DNA of 64,000 nucleotides from Nitrososphaeria archaeon (GTDB taxonomy: Archaea > Thermoproteota > Nitrososphaeria > JACIWG01). This document shows, piece by piece, positions 20,518 to 29,005 of this stretch. The notes below the pieces were generated by a model that made no database searches, was not told the DNA's origin, and saw only the letters and a program-made list of their open reading frames with translations. The translations under genes were made by a program, and so were the position numbers. Numbering within the stretch: position 1 is the stretch's first letter; every line of letters starts with the position of its first letter. Where the stretch lies: NCBI GenBank assembly GCA_049969935.1, contig JBMFNX010000002.1:5789-69788 (forward strand). The letters are read 5' to 3'.

Positions 20518-21636
20518 ATGGAAAAGAATACGGTTACAGTATATGGCTTAAGTACAGAAGGGTATAAGGTTGCACAAAAGGCTCTAGAAAAAGAGTATAC
20601 AGTATATATAGTGGACGAGAAACTAAATTCTCCAATTAAAGCCAGTAAAAGAATTTTAGACTATAAAACTGTTGACGAATTTTTCGAAGAAGAAAATCTT
20701 GCTGAAATTAAAGCTTTGGATGAAGTGATTTCTAGAACAAAATATCTAATATTTTGTCCAAAGATTAGATGCGAGATAGAGGAAGTGCAAGCATATTATG
20801 AAAAGATGTTGAAAGAAATATGTCAGAAGATAATGAAAAACTGTATTATAATTTTTTGGGCACCTTTGGGTGAAGGTGGGCAAAAAAGGATAGCGGAGAT
20901 AGTTTATGAATATTCAAGATTCTCAGAAGATGATATTGGCATAATATTTTTACCTCCATTTTTTGAACACGAAGCTAATTATGTTGGAACAATTGGAAGA
21001 GTGGAAGATGGAATAAAATTTTTACATGACCTTCTTAACTTGGAAATAGTTACTCTAACTTTGGAACAGGCTGAAAGAAAATTTATTTTAAAAATATTAG
21101 AAAATATTTCAAAATACACTTCAAAGATGATTACACTTTCAGAAAAGGATTTGCCGGAAGAACAACATTATTTTAACGATATCTTCTCATATTATACTGA
21201 TCTTAAACTAATATATTTTACAGCAAAAAGAGGAGTGCCTCTAAAAAGTTTTTCAGGAACACTTTTGAGAAATGTTGAAGCCTACCCTAAAAGCCTTGTC
21301 AATTATGTAAAAGATGTAATTAAAGAAAAGAAGCTTAAGCCAAGTAGAGTTAAAGTAATAGTTTTATGGAGTAAAAGCGACTATCATGTTAGACCTGATT
21401 TCGAGGAATCTGCAAACAAACTTGTTTTAATGCTACAAGATTTTTTTGCAGATGTACAATTATTGTCTTCAGAACAATCGATTCAGAAAAAGATTTTAAC
21501 AACATTTAGTAGGCCAACATGCATAATTATAGCTTGTTCAGAAAAAGATTTTAGAGCATTAGAGGAACAGTCGGTTTTAGGAAGAGATAAGGTTATAGTT
21601 ATTAAAGCCACTTTACCACCATCAAGGATAGAGTGA
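20518..21636 (+). CDS. hypothetical protein (degenerate Rossmann-like N-terminus) in the sugar cluster
   Basis: A 372-aa ORF co-oriented and overlapping with the downstream oxidoreductase. No firm motif is recognisable. Confidence 0.3.
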   Translation: MEKNTVTVYGLSTEGYKVAQKALEKEYTVYIVDEKLNSPIKASKRILDYKTVDEFFEEENLAEIKALDEVISRTKYLIFCPKIRCEIEEVQAYYEKMLKEICQKIMKNCIIIFWAPLGEGGQKRIAEIVYEYSRFSEDDIGIIFLPPFFEHEANYVGTIGRVEDGIKFLHDLLNLEIVTLTLEQAERKFILKILENISKYTSKMITLSEKDLPEEQHYFNDIFSYYTDLKLIYFTAKRGVPLKSFSGTLLRNVEAYPKSLVNYVKDVIKEKKLKPSRVKVIVLWSKSDYHVRPDFEESANKLVLMLQDFFADVQLLSSEQSIQKKILTTFSRPTCIIIACSEKDFRALEEQSVLGRDKVIVIKATLPPSRIE

Positions 21637-22583
21637 ACTTGTCTGACATAAAGATTGGTGTCGTAGGTATAGGGGGATGGGGTAAAAATCATGTTAGAGT
21701 ATTAAATGAGCTTAGAGTTTTAGAAGCAGTATGTGATTTGAATGAGGAAAGGGTTAAGGAGTTTTCTAGAAAGTATGAAGTTGATGGTTACACAGATTTA
21801 GACAAGTTTCTTGAACATGGGTTGGATGGAGTAATTGTCAGCACACCTACAAAAACACATTATGAAATTGCATTAAAATCTATTGAGAAGGGGCTTCATG
21901 TTCTCGTGGAAAAACCTTTTACATACAATGTTGATGAGGGAGAAAAGTTGGTGAGGAGGGCTAGGGAGAAAAATGTGATATTAACTGTTGGATTTATTGA
22001 AAGATTCAATCCAGCGATAAGAGAAGCTAAAAGGCTGGTTTCGAATGGAATTATTGGTTCACCTTTATACCTCTTGTTTGCAAGAGAAAACCGGTGGCCA
22101 GTACACATTATTGATGTTGGAGTAGTCTTGGATACATCAATACATGATATAGACCTGTCAAGATGGTTTTTCGAAGAAGAGCCTATGATGGTTTTTGCCC
22201 GAATGGGAGCCTTTGGAACAGAACATGAGAGGGTGTCCGCTCTCGTTTTAGGATTTTCGAAAGAAAAAACTTCATTAATCATATCTAATTGGATAACACC
22301 AAAAAAGGTTAGGGAATTGGAGATTGTAGGCGAAAATGGGACAATATCACTAGATTTCATTACACAGCAAATTAAAATAGATCTAGAGGACAGGACAGAT
22401 ATACCTCGAACAAGGTATGAGGAACCACTATTACTTGAGCTAAAGCATTTTATAGAATGCATAAATGGGACAAGAGAGCCTGAAGTTATTGGCGAAGACG
22501 GGGTTAAGGCAACTAAAATAGCGCATGCCGCATTAGCTTCAAATAAGCTTGGTTCAGCAATATTTATACATTTAGAAAAATAG
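21633..22583 (+). CDS. Gfo/Idh/MocA-family NAD(P)-dependent sugar oxidoreductase (WbpB-like)
   Basis: N-terminus KIGVVGIGGWGKNHVRVL is a Rossmann fold, with an EKP motif and a C-terminal alpha/beta domain. Confidence 0.75.
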   Translation: MNLSDIKIGVVGIGGWGKNHVRVLNELRVLEAVCDLNEERVKEFSRKYEVDGYTDLDKFLEHGLDGVIVSTPTKTHYEIALKSIEKGLHVLVEKPFTYNVDEGEKLVRRAREKNVILTVGFIERFNPAIREAKRLVSNGIIGSPLYLLFARENRWPVHIIDVGVVLDTSIHDIDLSRWFFEEEPMMVFARMGAFGTEHERVSALVLGFSKEKTSLIISNWITPKKVRELEIVGENGTISLDFITQQIKIDLEDRTDIPRTRYEEPLLLELKHFIECINGTREPEVIGEDGVKATKIAHAALASNKLGSAIFIHLEK

Positions 22584-22594
22584 TGATTATGTAA

Positions 22595-23092
22595 ATGTCG
22601 CTAGATAAGCCTATCAATTATATTGGAAAAAACGTTAAAATTGGCAAGAACGTGAAAATCTGGCATTTCACGTACATTGGAGACAATACTGTAATAGGAG
22701 ATAATGTCATGATAGGATCCCTCTGCCACATAGACTATAATGTGAGAATCGGAGACAATGTTAGAATAGAGGGTTCATGCTATATACCACCATTGACTGT
22801 GATAGGAAATAATGTCTTTATTGGGCCTGCGACAGTGTTTACAAACGACCCCTATCCGCCAAGCAAGCGTCTAACTGGCGTGATAGTAGAAGATTATGTT
22901 GTAATAGGTGCACGATCAGTTATTAAGGCAGGAGTAAGGTTGGGGAGAGCATGTGTAATTGGAATGGGCTCTGTTGTAACAAAAAATGTTCCACCCAACA
23001 CAGTTGTATTAGGAAATCCCGCGAAACCAGTTTATAACAGAGAAGAATATGAGAGGAAAAAAAGTTGTTGGGAGAATCAGATAACTATTTAA
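22595..23092 (+). CDS. left-handed beta-helix (hexapeptide-repeat) sugar N-acetyltransferase
   Basis: Repeated [LIV]-G-x-x-x-x-I hexapeptides: IGKNVKIGKNVKI, IGDNTVIGDNVMIGS, IGDNVRIEGS. Confidence 0.7.
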   Translation: MSLDKPINYIGKNVKIGKNVKIWHFTYIGDNTVIGDNVMIGSLCHIDYNVRIGDNVRIEGSCYIPPLTVIGNNVFIGPATVFTNDPYPPSKRLTGVIVEDYVVIGARSVIKAGVRLGRACVIGMGSVVTKNVPPNTVVLGNPAKPVYNREEYERKKSCWENQITI

Positions 23093-23321
23093 AGATACTT
23101 TTACTGGCAATATAATTTCTTAGCAGAAGTAGAGATAAAAGCCATAGAATGAAGAGGATTGCTGAAAGCAGAACCTTAAGTACACCCACTATAAATCGGT
23201 CAAAGAACGTATTAGATAATATAGGAAATGGTACAATAACTATAAAAATTACATAAGATAATAGAATTAGTGTAGCCCAAGCGAATGTGACCAGAAAAAT
23301 TAGGCGTGTAAAGTTATTCAA
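23085..23321 (-). CDS. small membrane protein (hypothetical)
   Basis: A 78-aa ORF with two strongly hydrophobic helices. Confidence 0.2.
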   Translation of the reverse strand: MNNFTRLIFLVTFAWATLILLSYVIFIVIVPFPILSNTFFDRFIVGVLKVLLSAILFILWLLSLLLLRNYIASKSIFK

Positions 23322-23324
23322 TTT

Positions 23325-24308
23325 TCACCATCTCATTAGCATAGCGGTAATAATTGAAAGTAGGGCGCTGTACAAGAAGAGTAAAATTATACGTTTTGAT
23401 GCAACCCATTCTGGCATAGGGCCATCGGCAACAATAAGCCTTGCTAAAGTTACTGGAGCGGTCTTACTTTTAGAAACTTCAAGTAGGCCTTCCTCATTTA
23501 AAATGACTGGCCTTTCCTTTATACGCCTATGCTCAACAAACCCCTTTATACTTGCAAGTATATAGAAGCCATTCAATATTGCTGGAACAAAGGCGACAAG
23601 AGAAGGGATTTCAGTTCTAGTTATTATAGTACTTGCACCAAAGAATGAGCCTAGAACAAGACTTCCTGAGTCACCGGCAAAAATTTTAGAAGGATACCTG
23701 TTAAATATGAAAAATGCAAATGATGTCATAAAAAGTGTTAAGGGAAAGATAGCTTGTTCAAGATTTCTGCATATAAATGCTATTATAATGAACTGTGAAA
23801 TAGATAAGAGCATGCATGCGCCACCAAGAGTGCCATTGTATACATCAACCATATTTACAGCATTAGAGACAACAGGAATTGTTAGAAGCACTATGATAGG
23901 GTATACGATAGTTAATCTCGTAGGCCCAAAGAATGGGAATATTATTGATGGAGTATATACTCTAAAGACAAGTAGTGGAAGTGAACCTAAAACTGTTAAT
24001 ACCATTTTTAATGAACCACTTAACACTTTTAGATCATCGATTAAACCGATTACAAAAACTATTAAAGTTGTTAAAAATATTGCAAGATATTTCATGTCTA
24101 AGGTTAGAAGATAGAGAATAATCATGGGAGAAGCGAGACCTAAGAAGATCGCTGGCCCAGCTGGCTTAGGAATCATTCTATGATCCTTTTTATGGAAGTC
24201 GACAACAACCATTTTTCGTTTAACTAGGAATGGAATAAGTAATATTATAGTTAAGGAGGTGACCGCAAATGATATTATGGGTAAAAGAAAGTATATTGTT
24301 GACAGCAA
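23325..24308 (-). CDS. polyprenyl-phosphate N-acetylhexosamine-1-phosphate transferase (GT4 / MraY-WecA-AglH family)
   Basis: Ten or so transmembrane segments with NAVNMVDVYNG and DSGSLVLG blocks, next to other sugar-modifying genes. Confidence 0.6.
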   Translation of the reverse strand: MLSTIYFLLPIISFAVTSLTIILLIPFLVKRKMVVVDFHKKDHRMIPKPAGPAIFLGLASPMIILYLLTLDMKYLAIFLTTLIVFVIGLIDDLKVLSGSLKMVLTVLGSLPLLVFRVYTPSIIFPFFGPTRLTIVYPIIVLLTIPVVSNAVNMVDVYNGTLGGACMLLSISQFIIIAFICRNLEQAIFPLTLFMTSFAFFIFNRYPSKIFAGDSGSLVLGSFFGASTIITRTEIPSLVAFVPAILNGFYILASIKGFVEHRRIKERPVILNEEGLLEVSKSKTAPVTLARLIVADGPMPEWVASKRIILLFLYSALLSIITAMLMRW

Positions 24309-24349
24309 TTTTCTTCCAGCTTTAGGTTTAAATTCTAGACTTAAAAAAG

Positions 24350-25402
24350 ATGGTGCTAGAGAAGATGAAACATATAGAGTGGAAGGGGGGCTCTTTAAAA
24401 ATATTAGACCAGAGAAAGTTGCCTGGAAAAATAGAATACGCGTACCTTAGGGATCTTGAAGAATTTTATCAAGCGATTGTTAAAATGAAGGTTAGAGGAG
24501 CGCCTTTAATAGGAATTGTGGGAGCTTTTGCTGTAGCAGCTCTAGCTCAGAAGATCGACTCAAAAAGTAGGGAGGAGTTTTTAAAAGAAATTGAAAGGGG
24601 TGCTGAATATATTTTGAGCACGAGGCCGACCGCATACAATCTAAAATATTGTGTAAACACTGTCCTTAGAAGAATTAGTGAGTGCTGGAAAGTAGAGGAT
24701 ATGAGAAAGGTAGCATTAGAAGAGGCGCAGAAATTATTTGATATGGAGAAAGAAAATAGTATAAGAATAGGAGAGTATGGTGAAGAACTTTTAAATGATG
24801 GAGACACAGTTTTGACACATTGCAATGCTGGCGAACTTGCTACAGTTGCCTATGGCACCGCTCTAGCACCAATAAGGATAGCATGTGAAAAGAAAAAGTG
24901 TATTTACGTGATAGTTACTGAGACGAGGCCGGCGCAGCAGGGTGCAAGATTAACTTCTTGGGAACTTTTGAAGGCAAAAATACCTGTAACGGTCATAGCT
25001 GATACAGCTGTTGGACATGTAATGTCTAAGGGTATGGTGGACAAAGTTATTGTTGGAGCGGATAGGATAACTAGAGAAGGATATGTCTTTAACAAAATAG
25101 GAACATACCAGATTGCTGTACTTGCTAAAAAACATAATATACCATTTTATGTCGCAGCACCAACTTCAACCTTCGACCCAAACATAGATCATGAGAAAGT
25201 TGTTATAGAGGAGAGAGGTGCTGATGAAATAGTATTTGTTGGAGGAAAGAGGATTGTTGCCAGAGGAGTTAGAGTATATAATCCAGTTTTTGATAAAACA
25301 CCTCCAGACCTTATTGACGCCATAGTAACTGAAAATGGTATACTTTATCCTCCATTCGAAAAAAGTATAAGTACATTATTTTCTGAACAAAAACTATGTT
25401 AG
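24350..25402 (+). CDS. eIF-2B alpha/beta/delta-family isomerase (methylthioribose-1-phosphate / ribose-1,5-bisphosphate isomerase)
   Basis: IEWKGGSLKILDQRKLP...VRGAPLIG and a downstream GADRI motif are characteristic of MtnA/e2b2. Confidence 0.7.
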   Translation: MVLEKMKHIEWKGGSLKILDQRKLPGKIEYAYLRDLEEFYQAIVKMKVRGAPLIGIVGAFAVAALAQKIDSKSREEFLKEIERGAEYILSTRPTAYNLKYCVNTVLRRISECWKVEDMRKVALEEAQKLFDMEKENSIRIGEYGEELLNDGDTVLTHCNAGELATVAYGTALAPIRIACEKKKCIYVIVTETRPAQQGARLTSWELLKAKIPVTVIADTAVGHVMSKGMVDKVIVGADRITREGYVFNKIGTYQIAVLAKKHNIPFYVAAPTSTFDPNIDHEKVVIEERGADEIVFVGGKRIVARGVRVYNPVFDKTPPDLIDAIVTENGILYPPFEKSISTLFSEQKLC

Positions 25403-25406
25403 GAAT

Positions 25407-25482
25407 GGGCTCGTGGCCTAGAATGGACTAAGGCATCGGCCTTCGGAGCCGAAGATCGTGGGTTCAAGTCCCACCGAGCCCG
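25407..25482 (+). tRNA. tRNA-Arg (UCG)
   Basis: Cloverleaf GGGCUCG/CGAGCCC acceptor, anticodon stem AUCGG/CCGAU, loop CUUCGGA, T-arm GUGGG-UUCAAGU-CCCAC. No encoded CCA. Confidence 0.85.
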
Positions 25483-25513
25483 TCTTACAATAAAATTTTG
25501 TTCACTAAGCTTT

Positions 25514-26554
25514 TTATTGAGACCTACACTTATTTAATGCAACTTTAACTATGTCATTTAATACTGCTTGAGCTGTTTGGCGTGGACTTACAAATTTTGC
25601 TGAAACAAATATTTCTTGAGAGTTTTTAAAATAGAATTTAACCGCCATGTCACCATAGTTTACTGTGGAAAATGGATCACTTGATGATATCATTTTTGGA
25701 GAAACTTGTAAAGAAATGTGACCACCTTCTTTTATTATTTCACATAAGAGTTTAACTTTCTTACCCTGTTTCTTTGCTTCTTCAATTAATGGTTCTATCT
25801 TCCTTATCCCCTCTATTTTCACATCCTTTAATTTAAAGTCGCTATCGAATATTGTATTAGCAAGTATGACAACCTTTCTTGCAGCGTCTACACCGTCCAC
25901 GTCGTCGGCATAGTTTGTTTCAGCCCAACCAGCATTTATTGCTTTATCCAATGCCTCTTGAAAAGAATTTCCTTTCTCCATTTCACATATTATAAAGTTT
26001 GTTGTAGCATTAAATATGCCTTCAACCTTTAATATTTCGTCAGTTAAAAAGCATGATGAGAGAAGACAAAAGATTGGTACATGCGCTGCAACCGTCGCTT
26101 CATATAGAAAATTAACATTATTTTCTATCGACATATTTTTAAGTTGCTTAAAGGCTACAACAAGAGGACCCTTATTTGCTGTAACAACATGTTTTTTAAG
26201 CATAAATGCCGTTTTAATGTGAGAAAGACCTGGTTCACCGTCATTAGTGGACGGTGTTAGTTCAACAACAATGTCACTATCAATATCCTTTATCGCTTTA
26301 ACAGCAGAATATCCTTTAAGATAGTATGTGTAACCGTTCCAGCCCACATTTTTATATTTTAAGACATCCGATACATTTAACCCATTTTCATCTACTGCCG
26401 TGCCTTTAGAATCTGATACCGACACAAACTTTAGATTTACCCCCATGTTTTCAAGTCTTTGACCTTCGTCTAGAACCAGTTCAAGTAAATTTTTTCCAAC
26501 ATTACCTAAGCCAATTAACTGGACCTTCATATAGAAGGGCCAACATAAAACCAT
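25514..26554 (-). CDS. hom: homoserine dehydrogenase
   Basis: MKVQLIGLGNVGKN Rossmann N-terminus followed by the homoserine dehydrogenase catalytic-domain pattern. The true start is probably the internal MKV. Confidence 0.7.
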   Translation of the reverse strand: MVLCWPFYMKVQLIGLGNVGKNLLELVLDEGQRLENMGVNLKFVSVSDSKGTAVDENGLNVSDVLKYKNVGWNGYTYYLKGYSAVKAIKDIDSDIVVELTPSTNDGEPGLSHIKTAFMLKKHVVTANKGPLVVAFKQLKNMSIENNVNFLYEATVAAHVPIFCLLSSCFLTDEILKVEGIFNATTNFIICEMEKGNSFQEALDKAINAGWAETNYADDVDGVDAARKVVILANTIFDSDFKLKDVKIEGIRKIEPLIEEAKKQGKKVKLLCEIIKEGGHISLQVSPKMISSSDPFSTVNYGDMAVKFYFKNSQEIFVSAKFVSPRQTAQAVLNDIVKVALNKCRSQ

Positions 26555-26614
26555 TATTTAAGGTCTATGGGCAACTTAGACATAAAAAGGAATTAAACTT
26601 CTATTTTTATTTAG

Positions 26615-26699
26615 TGCGGGGGGTGGGATTTGAACCCACGAACCCCTACGGGACAGGAGCCTCAGTCCTGCGCCTTTGACCTGGCTTGGCAACCCCCGC
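26615..26699 (-). tRNA. tRNA-Leu (GAG), class II with a long variable arm
   Basis: GCGGGGG/CCCCCGC acceptor, anticodon stem CAGGA/UCCUG, loop CUGAGGC, long variable arm, T-arm GUGGG-UUCAAAU-CCCAC. Confidence 0.8.
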
Positions 26700-27114
26700 G
26701 ATTGTTTTTAGGTATTGTTTTTTGTTTTTTAATATTTTTCCTTTCTTCCGCTTCCTTAAATAGTTGTTCCACTGTGCTAATTAAGAGTTTCTGCTTACGC
26801 TTTATCTCCCTTCTTGTTACTGTTTGAGCTGATGGACAAAGTTGGTCAACAATTGCTGTATGCTTTTGTATGTCATAAATTATTGGATATAGTTTGCAAC
26901 CTATAGGCCTATTATCGTATATGATACATTTCTTTTCAAAATCATTATAAAATATGCAAGATCCTTTCCTATTTTTTAATTTTGCAAACCCATTTGAATC
27001 ATATTTTACAAACATTTTCTTTTTGAAACCAAGCTTCTCTATTCTTCTTATATCGTCTTGAGTAAGTTGCATCCGTGTATGAATACAGCATTTACCGCAT
27101 CTAATGCAGTTCAT
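26662..27114 (-). CDS. YkgJ/UPF0153-family putative Zn/Fe-chelating protein
   Basis: N-terminus MNCIRCGKCCIH is the CxxCxxCC signature. The 3' end overlaps the tRNA-Leu 5' half on the same strand. Confidence 0.45.
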   Translation of the reverse strand: MNCIRCGKCCIHTRMQLTQDDIRRIEKLGFKKKMFVKYDSNGFAKLKNRKGSCIFYNDFEKKCIIYDNRPIGCKLYPIIYDIQKHTAIVDQLCPSAQTVTRREIKRKQKLLISTVEQLFKEAEERKNIKKQKTIPKNNRGGCQARSKAQD

Positions 27115-27175
27115 TGTCTAATATTGGGTTAAAAATTTTGATATAGTTTACGTCACTAATTTAACTATAATTTGA

Positions 27176-27248
27176 AGCCCCGGGCGGGGGTTGAACCCGC
27201 GGCCTATTGCTTACGAGGCAATCGCTCTACCAGCTGAGCTACCGGGGC
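27176..27248 (-). tRNA. tRNA-Thr (CGU)
   Basis: GCCCCGG/CCGGGGC acceptor, D-arm GCUC...GAGC, anticodon stem AUUGC/GCAAU, loop CUCGUAA. Confidence 0.8.
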
Positions 27249-27339
27249 ACCTAGACCACAGAGTATTTGTTTGTTATTGTTTAAAATTTTATTTAATTCA
27301 TAATTTATAGTTTATGCTGGTGTCTGGTGTGAAAGTGTA

Positions 27340-28302
27340 ATGGTTGATGAGTTAACTGTTATTAACATGTTTTTAGAAGTTTTGGGACAACCGAGGAGAC
27401 TTTTTTCTTATATTGGTGATGATGTTGCATGGACCAAGAAGGCTGTTAAGAGGGATAAGTTTGTTATTAAGGTAGATATGCTTGTAGGTAAGACTGACAT
27501 GCCAAGAGGAATGACTTTACGTCAGGCTGCAAGAAAAAGTGTGGTCGCTTGTGTAAGTGATTTTGCATGTAAGGGTGTGAAGCCATGGGGTGCGCTTGTT
27601 TCATTGGGTCTTCCTAAGGGGTTTAATGAGGAGCAAGTTCTTGAGATAGTGAATGGGTTTAAAGATGCAAGAAATGAATTCGATATAGAAATAGTTGGTG
27701 GAGATACTAATGAGGCATCTGATCTTATAATTGACTGTATAATGTTTGGTTGGGGAAAGAATGTAATTAGAAGAGATGGAGCCGATGCTGATGAATATGT
27801 TTTGGTCACAGGAGATTTTGGACTGCCACCTTTAGGATTAGATATTTTGAGTGGAAAGAAAAAAATTAGGAGTCCCAGATTGGTGGAGAAGGCTCTAGAG
27901 ACCGTTTTATATCCTAAGCCAAGATTAAACTTTGGTTTAGTTGCATGCAACCGGAAGCTAGTTACAGCCTCAATAGATTCAAGTGACGGCTTAGCTCTTT
28001 CACTGTATGAGATAGCGGAGCATAGTCGCGTGGACGTACTTTTATACGAACTTCCTATTAACGACAATCTCAAAAATTATGGCGAACTGTCTGAAGAAGA
28101 GAAGAGGGAATACACTTTATATGGGGGAGAAGAGTATGAAATTGTTTTCACATGCAAGCCTAAAGATGCCCAAAAAATATTGAAAGTAGGCGAAGAAACA
28201 GACACGCCAATTAAGATTATTGGTAGAACTGTTGACGGAAGTGGTAAAGTATATTTTAAAGGAGAAGTGGTAGAGAAAAAAGGATGGATTCACTTCAAAT
28301 AA
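27340..28302 (+). CDS. thiL: thiamine-monophosphate kinase
   Basis: AIR-synthase-related fold with the N-terminal GDD...A and DMLVGKTD blocks and the VACVSDFA motif, over 320 aa. Confidence 0.7.
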   Translation: MVDELTVINMFLEVLGQPRRLFSYIGDDVAWTKKAVKRDKFVIKVDMLVGKTDMPRGMTLRQAARKSVVACVSDFACKGVKPWGALVSLGLPKGFNEEQVLEIVNGFKDARNEFDIEIVGGDTNEASDLIIDCIMFGWGKNVIRRDGADADEYVLVTGDFGLPPLGLDILSGKKKIRSPRLVEKALETVLYPKPRLNFGLVACNRKLVTASIDSSDGLALSLYEIAEHSRVDVLLYELPINDNLKNYGELSEEEKREYTLYGGEEYEIVFTCKPKDAQKILKVGEETDTPIKIIGRTVDGSGKVYFKGEVVEKKGWIHFK

Positions 28303-28370
28303 TATAGGTCTTGTCAAACGAAAAGAGAAACATTTTTATCTCATTAAATGAAAGCTTATAGTGAGACAGT

Positions 28371-28556
28371 ATGTCTTCTAAGACTTATACCACTGGCCAA
28401 ACATGGGGCGCCTTAAAAAAGGCGTGGAAAGCTTACAAAATCGCTAAGGTACAAAATGATAGAGAAAAAATGCTGGAATACGCTAAAAGGATACGGACAC
28501 TACAGGAAGAACTTGGTGTAGAAAAGGCGAAGTTCCCAGACCTTGGACTAACATAG
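28371..28556 (+). CDS. small basic hypothetical protein (61 aa)
   Basis: Isolated ORF in the tRNA cluster, with a GGTG-like Shine-Dalgarno sequence shortly upstream. No known motif. Confidence 0.2.
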   Translation: MSSKTYTTGQTWGALKKAWKAYKIAKVQNDREKMLEYAKRIRTLQEELGVEKAKFPDLGLT

Positions 28557-28661
28557 GGCGCCCACCCCCATTTTATTTTTTAAAAAATAACTTTTGAAAT
28601 GCTCTATTAGATAAAATATTTTAACAGAAAATTTTAAAGGTTTGAATTGAAGCTCTAGAGT

Positions 28662-28736
28662 GGGCTCGTAGCTCAGTATGGATAGAGCACAGGCCCTCTA
28701 AGCCTGGGGTCGGGGGTTCAAATCCCCTCGGGCCCG
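28662..28736 (+). tRNA. tRNA-Arg (UCU), with C rather than U at position 33
   Basis: GGGCUCG/CGGGCCC acceptor (one G-U pair), anticodon stem CAGGC/GCCUG, loop CCUCUAA, T-arm GGGGG-UUCAAAU-CCCCU. Confidence 0.7.
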
Positions 28737-28844
28737 CTTAATAATTTACTACCTTCTTAAATCATTAATTTCATTGTTAACATTATTCTTTTTTTACTTT
28801 AGTGCAATATTATCAAAAATATTGAGTTTTTATGTGTATAGGGA

Positions 28845-28923
28845 TGGTGGGGTCGGTGGGATTTGAACCCACGTCCGCGCGGGCCCAAGCCGCGCAGCGT
28901 AGACCAGACTGGCCCACGACCCC
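28845..28923 (-). tRNA. tRNA-Pro (UGG), atypical D/anticodon-stem geometry (3 extra nt); CCA encoded
   Basis: GGGGUCG/CGACCCC acceptor, anticodon stem CGCGG/CCGCG extendable to 8 bp, loop CUUGGGC, T-arm GUGGG-UUCAAAU-CCCAC, discriminator A then CCA. Confidence 0.6.
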
Positions 28924-29005
28924 ATGTTTAGGTTCGTTTTCACTTTTTTATTAATTTTTTAAAAATGTTTTTTAGGTTGAAGAAATTAAATGTTGGGGAT
29001 GCTGA

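Noticed and set aside
26630-26827. A 65-aa ORF on the plus strand across tRNA-Leu
   Set aside because: It is antisense to a well-folded tRNA and to the YkgJ-like gene's 3' end, and is spurious.
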